A stretch of DNA of 62,963 nt, the filler included. It is 2 parts of 2 records of this genome, joined end to end, with 100 filler letters (N's around TTAATTAATTAA, not from the genome) between each part and the next. Parts side by side here need not be neighbours in the genome. Positions count along the whole stretch, not along the records: positions 31,189 to 62,963 come from SRR20825006_333; 1 more part is not named here. One strand, 5' to 3'. Shown here piece after piece: positions 56,890 through 62,963 of the stretch. Each line of letters starts with the position of its first letter. Position 1 is the stretch's first letter. Made by a program: the position numbers and the translations under genes. The notes below the pieces were generated by a model. It was given only the letters and a program-made list of their open reading frames with translations, was not told the origin of the DNA and searched no databases.

Positions 56890-58062
56890 ATGAATTCGCT
56901 TATCCCAGCCGACCAGACGCTGGCCGTGTTTGCCGCCTTGTTTGCCATTGCCTGGTTTGGCTTCTGGGCCGAGAGCAAACCCTGGGGCAAAACCCTGACC
57001 GGCGCTATCTGGGCTATTCTGCTCTCTATCCTGCTGTCCAATCTGCGAATCATGCCGCAGTCTGCACCGGCCTATGATGTCGTTTTCAGCTACTTCGTAC
57101 CGATGTTGCTGCCCCTGTTTCTGATTCACGCCGATGTCCGCCGCATTCTGGCTGAAAGCGGTCGTGTCGGCCTCGGGTTTATTCTCGCCTGTTTCGGTAC
57201 GGTAGTGGGGGTAATAACAGGGGCAAGTCTGCTTGATCTGGGTGACTATGAACCGGTACTGGCAGGCATGTTCACCGCCACCTACACCGGCGGTTCGGCC
57301 AACTTTGCCGCCGTCATGCAATCCACTGGCTTTACTGAAAGCAGCATTATCGCAGCAGCAACGGCGGTAGATAATCTACTCGGCATTCTGTTTCTGGTGG
57401 TCATTATTCTGATGCCGGCTTCGCGCTATATCATGCAACGCTACGTGCAACGGGATTACTTTTCCGAGCAGGAACAGAGCCTGGAACAGGGTGAAAACCG
57501 GGTCAGTGGTCTCTCGGTTGCTGCGGCGCTGACTTTTGCCATGACCGTGATTGTGCTTTCAGACCTGACTGTTTATCTCCTCAATCTGCTACCGATTGCC
57601 ATCGACTTCAGCCTGCTGCGCTATCTGTTTATCACCTTGTATTCGGTTATCCCGGCCACCTTGCTGCCGGATCAGATGAAAAAACTGAGTGGCGGACAGA
57701 GCATGGGGTTTGTGCTGGCACTGGTGTTCTTTGCCACTATTGCTGCCGGTGCCGATGTCGTCACGTTGCTGTCTCATGCCCCGATCCTGCTGGTATTTGT
57801 GTTTATTGTGCTGCTGGTGCACTGGCTGGTGGTGTTTATCGGCGGTCTGCTATTAAACCGGCTTATCAGCAACCCGGCCCTGAAACTGTCATTACCGGAG
57901 CTGGTTATCGCCTCCAATGCCGCCGTGCTCGGTGCCACCACTGCGCCGGCCCTGGCGGTCGCCCGCGGATGGGGCAGTCTGGTCACGCCCGGTATTCTGG
58001 TGGGCGTCGCCGGTTATATCGTCGGCACACCGCTGGGATTATTGATTTATTCCTGGTGGTAG
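56890..58062 (+). CDS. DUF819 family membrane protein
   Basis: ATYTGGSANF, ASNAAVLG..TA, PGILVG..GY. Confidence 0.8.
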   Translation: MNSLIPADQTLAVFAALFAIAWFGFWAESKPWGKTLTGAIWAILLSILLSNLRIMPQSAPAYDVVFSYFVPMLLPLFLIHADVRRILAESGRVGLGFILACFGTVVGVITGASLLDLGDYEPVLAGMFTATYTGGSANFAAVMQSTGFTESSIIAAATAVDNLLGILFLVVIILMPASRYIMQRYVQRDYFSEQEQSLEQGENRVSGLSVAAALTFAMTVIVLSDLTVYLLNLLPIAIDFSLLRYLFITLYSVIPATLLPDQMKKLSGGQSMGFVLALVFFATIAAGADVVTLLSHAPILLVFVFIVLLVHWLVVFIGGLLLNRLISNPALKLSLPELVIASNAAVLGATTAPALAVARGWGSLVTPGILVGVAGYIVGTPLGLLIYSWW

Positions 58063-58091
58063 ATGCTCAATTGTAGTTCCCTCAAAGAAGC

Positions 58092-58688
58092 TCATTCGGC
58101 GACTTTTCTTGCTTTGATATTAGACGCTCCCCTGAGCCCGATCGCTGCCAGCAACAACAAAACCATGGGTATGTAATACCCGTCCTGCAATGCGGCTTTG
58201 CCATAGGTCTCGACAAAGATCAGCCAGACCAGATACATACCGGTGAGATGCAGCCAATGCCAGGCCCTTGGCCCTATCCAGCGCCTGGGTGGGTCGAATG
58301 AGGTGATGGCCATCGCCAGAATGAATAGATACGTCATACTCGCCAGCACGATCTCAAGCTGACTCAGCTTGGCGAGAGAATCCTGGGGGTAATAAATCAT
58401 CAGCAAGATGAGAAAGAACAGATGAACAAAGTGCGAAAAGGCGAATGACACCCCGATATAACGGCGGTTCTCGCGCAGATATTTCGCCCAGTTGGTCCCT
58501 AACAAGGTGTACAGGCTTGAAGCAGTAAACGCCAGAACGAACAAGCTTATCGATGTTCTCGCTGTCCCCCGTACCATGACTCGAAGCGCCTCCTCGCTGA
58601 AGCCCAGCCAGACAAAGCTGGTAAAAGACATCACCGCGATCACAATGGCAACCAGCCCGGTGATGCGCCAGTGAGAAATCAAGCTCAT
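58092..58688 (-). CDS. Ferric-reductase-like/MsrQ-like haem membrane protein
   Basis: RRYIG...SHFVH and W.WLH..GMY histidine motifs; TM helices. Confidence 0.65.
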   Translation of the reverse strand: MSLISHWRITGLVAIVIAVMSFTSFVWLGFSEEALRVMVRGTARTSISLFVLAFTASSLYTLLGTNWAKYLRENRRYIGVSFAFSHFVHLFFLILLMIYYPQDSLAKLSQLEIVLASMTYLFILAMAITSFDPPRRWIGPRAWHWLHLTGMYLVWLIFVETYGKAALQDGYYIPMVLLLLAAIGLRGASNIKARKVAE

Positions 58689-58877
58689 TACTGCATCCTG
58701 TAACGTGTGTATTGAATTATCGCCCTAGCTTAGGCAGCCTGCCGCTTACTGTAAATACTCACGAAGTCGTGTTTGCTTGGGCGAGTGACAAGTCCAGTGA
58801 GATAATGCAAGCTAATAACACATCTGCTACAGCCAGCATGCTGTGGCATCATCCACAAAAAAACATAGGTAAGTCCC

Positions 58878-59357
58878 ATGAAAGGTAGTCAGAAAGTTAT
58901 CGATTTGCTCAACAAACTGCTGGCGGGAGAGCTGACTGCAATGGACCAGTACTTTATTCATTCCAGAATGTATGAAGACTGGGGCCTGACCCGCCTCTAT
59001 AACCGCATTGCCCACGAAATGCAGGATGAAACCGATCACGCAGATCAGATGATCAAACGCATTCTGTTTCTGGAAGGCATGCCCAACCTGGCGCATCGCG
59101 AACCGCTGAATGTCGGTCATAACGTGGTGGAAATGTTACAGAACGATCTCGATTTGGAGTATGCCGTAGTCGATAACCTGCGTAACGGCATCGCCCTGTG
59201 TGAAGAAGAAGGTGACTATGACACCCGCCAACTGTTGCTGAGACAGCTGGAAGATACCGAGCTGGATCACACCTACTGGCTGGAGCAACAATTGGGTCTG
59301 ATTGAGAAAATGGGACTGCCGAATTACCTGCAGGCGATGACGCTGGCTGAAGCTTAA
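58878..59357 (+). CDS. bfr: Bacterioferritin family protein (BfrA/FtnA-type)
   Basis: MKG start, ELTA..QY..H, E..H.D, RILFLEG, TE.DH..WLE. Confidence 0.9.
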   Translation: MKGSQKVIDLLNKLLAGELTAMDQYFIHSRMYEDWGLTRLYNRIAHEMQDETDHADQMIKRILFLEGMPNLAHREPLNVGHNVVEMLQNDLDLEYAVVDNLRNGIALCEEEGDYDTRQLLLRQLEDTELDHTYWLEQQLGLIEKMGLPNYLQAMTLAEA

Positions 59358-59364
59358 TTTTCAT

Positions 59365-59401
59365 CGTAGGCTGGGCTGAATATAATGAAGCCCAACCTAC
59401 G
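59365..59401. repeat. GTAG-type REP palindrome
   Basis: CGTAGGCTGGGCT-gaatataatga-AGCCCAACCTACG. Confidence 0.75.
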
Positions 59402-59418
59402 TTACCCTGCCATTCTGA

Positions 59419-59757
59419 TCAGGCTTTCTTCACAAACTCTGACTTCAGCTTCATGGCACCGATACCGTCGATCTTGCAATCAATGTCGTGATCACCGCCA
59501 ACCAGACGGATATTTTTCACTTTGGTACCGACTTTCACCACAGCCGATGAGCCTTTCACTTTCAGGTCTTTAATCACCGTCACCGTGTCGCCGTCTGCCA
59601 GAACATTGCCATTCGAATCCAGCACTTTGTCTTCCGAGTCTTCAGCTGGGCTCTCCCCCGCCTGCCACTCATGGGCACACTCAGGACAGATCAGCATCGC
59701 TTGATCCTGATAAGTAAATTCAGAACCACAGGCAGGACAGTTAGGGAGATCGCTCAT
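59419..59757 (-). CDS. phnA: PhnA/YjdM zinc-ribbon protein
   Basis: [41 protein letters not shown]. Confidence 0.9.
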   Translation of the reverse strand: MSDLPNCPACGSEFTYQDQAMLICPECAHEWQAGESPAEDSEDKVLDSNGNVLADGDTVTVIKDLKVKGSSAVVKVGTKVKNIRLVGGDHDIDCKIDGIGAMKLKSEFVKKA

Positions 59758-59811
59758 TGATGTTCGCTATTGAGAATGGAAAGGAGACCATTGTAACGAA
59801 GTCCTTCCTGT

Positions 59812-59828
59812 TGGACTCGATTGCTTAT
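59812..59828 (+). repeat. 17-bp direct repeat, left copy
   Basis: TGGACTCGATTGCTTAT, identical to 61908-61924. Confidence 0.75.
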
Positions 59829-59937
59829 CCATCCACTCGGGCTTGCGTACACTAAAGCCTGAGCCGCAGGTGCTGACAGACCCGGCTCCGGACTCAAAAC
59901 TCAGCATGGCTGCACCATGCCGGAAAAAACGATAGCA

Positions 59938-61434
59938 TCAGCCGGGGTTATTGCCCTGAATGGCCAAATTACTGTCAACTGAGCGATTTCTGGCCGTGGC
60001 GATATCCTGCCACAAATTATCCACATGACTTTCCACTGGCCGTAAATAGCCCGCTACCAGCATGATAGTCAGCGTGGTTAAAAAGCCATATACACCCGGC
60101 GTCCAGCCATAAGTCTGGATAAATTCAGGCTCGGTTAAAGTCAGCCCGAACGACACCACCATGCCCAACAGAAAGCCGGCCACGGCACCGAACTTATTCG
60201 CCCGCCGCCAGTACAGGCCCAGCAGGACCACCGGCGATAACACAATCATGCCCTGATAAGTCATCAGCGCCAGGAACACCAGCTGGCCTTCTTTCAGGTA
60301 AGCACCGACCAGCGCGCCGATACTCATGACCACCACCGACCAGCGCGCAATCCGTAACGCTGTTCTCTCAGTGATCTTGCGGTTTATCACCTGTGCAATA
60401 TCACCGGAAATGGCCGTCGACATTGCATTCAGAATCCCGCTGACCGTGCCCAGACTCGCCGCCATCACCAGCACCGCAAACAGACCCAGCGGCCAGACCC
60501 CAGCCTGACTGTGGGCCCAGAATAAGGCTTCTTCCGGATTTTCCTGAGCGAATGGCAGCGGGTGCAAAGCCATCGATAAAATAAACAGCAGGGCAAAAGA
60601 CAGGATCCCCAGCACCGGTGCAAACAACACCGACTGCTTGATGGTGCGGATACTGTCGGCGGCGAATAATTTGTTATACACCCACGGCCACATAAATCCG
60701 CCCAGACCGCTGGTAATAATGATGGCCGTCCAGTAGTTGGGCGACACATCCCAGCCCGGGCCGGGGAAAATCATCGCTTCGGGTGTTTCATAGAATAAGC
60801 GGTCCATCGCTGCCGATAGCCCGCCCAACTCACTGTAAAGCACATAAATCAGCACCGCCGAGCCGACAATCATCATATACAAACCTTGAACGATGTTTGC
60901 CGTGACCACACTGCGCATACCGCCCAGCGCCACATAAAACACCACCACAAAGATGCCGATGATCATGCCCAGTAACGGGCTGATAAAACCGTCCGTGGCG
61001 TAATTAAAGACATAACCGATGGTGTACCACTCCATCAGCAGCCACGGCACCGACAGCGCCACCCCGGCAAAACCGGTCAGCACCCGGATAAAGTCGCTGC
61101 GATAGCGCAGGCCCAATAACTCAGACTGGGTACGCAGCTGGTATTTTTTACCCCAGATAAAGGTTTTCTCGGCCACCAGATACATCACCAGCAAGGTGAT
61201 AATGCCGTAAGGAATCACATACATGCCGATCATGCCGAAGCTGACCGCAAAACCGGAAAATACCGTATAGCCTGCCCCGACATACCAGGTCGCCAGAAAA
61301 CCGAAAGTAATACCCAGCACGCCGATACTGTGATTGGCCGTGGCATAGTCGGCCATCGTCGACACACCCAGCTGGCGGCGGTTAATAAATAAAATCAGTG
61401 CCAGAAAGGCAAGCAGTAAAATGACCGGAATCAT
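59938..61434 (-). CDS. Sodium:solute symporter family protein
   Basis: About 13 TM helices; YVALGGMRSV, AASLGT.SG, GLYWRRAN..GA. Confidence 0.88.
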   Translation of the reverse strand: MIPVILLLAFLALILFINRRQLGVSTMADYATANHSIGVLGITFGFLATWYVGAGYTVFSGFAVSFGMIGMYVIPYGIITLLVMYLVAEKTFIWGKKYQLRTQSELLGLRYRSDFIRVLTGFAGVALSVPWLLMEWYTIGYVFNYATDGFISPLLGMIIGIFVVVFYVALGGMRSVVTANIVQGLYMMIVGSAVLIYVLYSELGGLSAAMDRLFYETPEAMIFPGPGWDVSPNYWTAIIITSGLGGFMWPWVYNKLFAADSIRTIKQSVLFAPVLGILSFALLFILSMALHPLPFAQENPEEALFWAHSQAGVWPLGLFAVLVMAASLGTVSGILNAMSTAISGDIAQVINRKITERTALRIARWSVVVMSIGALVGAYLKEGQLVFLALMTYQGMIVLSPVVLLGLYWRRANKFGAVAGFLLGMVVSFGLTLTEPEFIQTYGWTPGVYGFLTTLTIMLVAGYLRPVESHVDNLWQDIATARNRSVDSNLAIQGNNPG

Positions 61435-61694
61435 GCGGCATCCTCCGCATCATCAGCCTGTAGATCCAACGCACCGCTGCGACTTTCCAGCAGATACCAA
61501 ACCGCAAAAAACACCGCCGCAATTAATGCCAGTCCGATATGCCACACCATTGCAAACGGCAGCGCCATCCAGCGCGGCTCAATCGTGTTGGCCCACAAAA
61601 AGGCGGGCGGGAAGGTGGATAAAAACGTCGTCGCCAGAATCAGCGTGATAAATAGTGCCGTGCGACGGCGAGAATGCTTGTGAGTGACAGACAT
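61431..61694 (-). CDS. Small membrane partner of the symporter (DUF3311-like)
   Basis: Two TM helices, WANTIEP....LPF...W; overlaps the symporter start. Confidence 0.7.
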   Translation of the reverse strand: MSVTHKHSRRRTALFITLILATTFLSTFPPAFLWANTIEPRWMALPFAMVWHIGLALIAAVFFAVWYLLESRSGALDLQADDAEDAA

Positions 61695-61820
61695 GGACTG
61701 CTCCGTTGCAGATTTTCCAGTCCCCCACCTTATCAAGCGCTTAACGAAAGTAAACGGGAAATTTGCCTGACAATGATTCGGAATCAAAGCATTCGTGTTT
61801 GATCCATTGATTCCTACCCC

Positions 61821-61903
61821 TAGGTTGGGCTGAATGCAATGAAGGCCAACAAAACCCAGCCCTGGTTTGAAACATTGGGCTTCGCAGGCTCAGCCCAACC
61901 TAC
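61821..61903. repeat. Inverted REP doublet (REPIN-like)
   Basis: TAGGTTGGGCTGAATGCAATGAAGGCCAAC and inverted copy TTGGGCTTCGCAGGCTCAGCCCAACCTAC. Confidence 0.75.
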
Positions 61904-61907
61904 TTGC

Positions 61908-61924
61908 TGGACTCGATTGCTTAT
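61908..61924 (+). repeat. 17-bp direct repeat, right copy
   Basis: TGGACTCGATTGCTTAT. Confidence 0.75.
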
Positions 61925-62074
61925 TCCTGCATACCAAACCGCCCTGCCAGAATAAAAATTAAATTATTGATTTTAAAATATTTTTTTGAAATATAAGCGT
62001 ATTGCATTTTTAGATTGCGCGTATACTGAATCTATCGGCTCGAGAATCTTTCGCCGAACTTTGAGATAAACATC

Positions 62075-62290
62075 ATGAACATTCGTCAACACATTTCAAC
62101 CGGGTTGTTACTCAGCCTGGTAACACTGACTCTGTCCGCCTGTAGCGGCATGTCCAGCCAGGATAAAAACACGGCAGCCGGTGCTGGCATCGGCGCTGTA
62201 GCCGGGGCGGTCTTAACCGGAGGCAGTGCTGTTGGCACCGTCGGTGGTGCTGCAGTTGGTGGCGTAATCGGTCATGAAGTCGGTGATTGA
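62075..62290 (+). CDS. osmB: OsmB-like glycine-zipper lipoprotein
   Basis: Lipobox LSAC, DKNTAAGAGIGAVAGAVLTGG...GHEVG. Confidence 0.85.
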   Translation: MNIRQHISTGLLLSLVTLTLSACSGMSSQDKNTAAGAGIGAVAGAVLTGGSAVGTVGGAAVGGVIGHEVGD

Positions 62291-62316
62291 GTTATTAGCT
62301 ACTAAACGCCACACTG

Positions 62317-62343
62317 AGCCTCGTCAATTGACGGGGCTTTTTT
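62317..62343 (+). terminator. Intrinsic terminator after osmB
   Basis: AGCCTCGTC-aatt-GACGGGGCT followed by a T run. Confidence 0.8.
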
Positions 62344-62405
62344 ATGTTCCAGTGGGCAGTTTCAATCGTGGTCCCATCGGCAAGATAGGTTTGATTGGGA
62401 GATCC

Positions 62406-62438
62406 GTAGCTTGGGTTGAAGCAATGAAACCCAACAAA
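62406..62438 (+). repeat. GTAG-type REP copy
   Basis: GTAGCTTGGGTTGAAGCAATGAAACCCAACAAA. Confidence 0.65.
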
Positions 62439-62486
62439 TTCTGACTACGGTTTAGAAATAGTGGACTTCACAAGGTCACCTTCGCT

Positions 62487-62873
62487 TTAGACTTTAACCC
62501 TGTATTGAAGGTCTTGAGCTTCATCGCCAGTCATACCGCGGAATCCCCATTGGTGAGGGTGTTGTTCCTTAATCGTGATTTCCACATCCACCGGGGCCAG
62601 AGAAAGCTGGCTTTCCAGCTCGGAAAATAGAGCCTTAATTAAAGCCTTCTGTGTCTCGGCTTTGCGACCGGCCATCATATTAATTTCAATCACCGTATAG
62701 GCATCGCTTCTACCGCCGGGGTAATAAAAATCATCCCTGTCGAGCGGCACAAAACGATGTGCCCGCTTATCCTCCGGCATACCCAACACGCTTTGCATGC
62801 AGCCATGAATCACATCCGAAAGCTGCGCTTTGATGGGATTCAGTTTTTCCTTTATTCCATAAATGACGATCAT
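62487..62873 (-). CDS. Tautomerase (4-OT/MSAD-like) family protein
   Basis: MP.DKR.HRF, YTVIEI.M..GR....QK, DVEITI.E, WGFRG. Confidence 0.75.
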   Translation of the reverse strand: MIVIYGIKEKLNPIKAQLSDVIHGCMQSVLGMPEDKRAHRFVPLDRDDFYYPGGRSDAYTVIEINMMAGRKAETQKALIKALFSELESQLSLAPVDVEITIKEQHPHQWGFRGMTGDEAQDLQYRVKV

Positions 62874-62963
62874 GGGCTTCCCTGTTTTACGGTCTAAACT
62901 TGTGTGAGTCTAACATCCTGTTTTCGCCTTGATGGCGAGTCAGGGAAATGCGTGCCCATTTCC

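Noticed and set aside
59365-62438. CRISPR array or integron attC sites
   Set aside because: No regular repeat-spacer periodicity, no cas or intI genes, and no attC core sites recognised; REP elements explain the repeats better

Overview
The window is two unrelated contigs joined by an artificial 100-nt spacer (44 N, TTAATTAATTAA, 44 N; 31089-31188). Contig 1 (1-31088) is GC-rich and looks like a Rhodobacteraceae alphaproteobacterium. It carries the 5' end of parE, ppk2, an EF-hand/ECF-sigma operon, two diguanylate cyclases (one paired with a degenerate H-NOX protein) and codA. It then has a ~19 kb alcohol-oxidation cluster (11862-30759) built around a PedH/ExaF-type PQQ dehydrogenase with the lanthanide-diagnostic D-x-D motif. 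That cluster includes PedF and a second cytochrome c, a PedA1A2BC/Lut-like ABC system with two extra unknown exported proteins, a split PqqT-like ABC importer, a NosR-like Fe-S protein with its ApbE flavin transferase, and a LuxR-regulator/FIST/hybrid-kinase operon. A 16-bp palindrome (TACGACC-WW-GGTCGTA) recurs in nearly every promoter region of the cluster. The contig ends in a tRNA-Glu-like 3' end. Contig 2 (31189-62963) is lower in GC and gammaproteobacterial (Methylophaga-like by impression). It is iron-oriented, with Fur boxes before flavodoxin, a PepSY module and two TonB receptors, plus a bacterioferritin lacking the haem-ligand Met. It also has an RLAN-RimK ATP-grasp / GNAT-C39 peptidase / M14-like peptidase trio, a sigma32-type cbpA-degQ operon, gdhA, GTAG-type REP elements and a 17-bp direct-repeat-flanked symporter cassette. 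All assignments come from motif recognition by eye; no searches were run.
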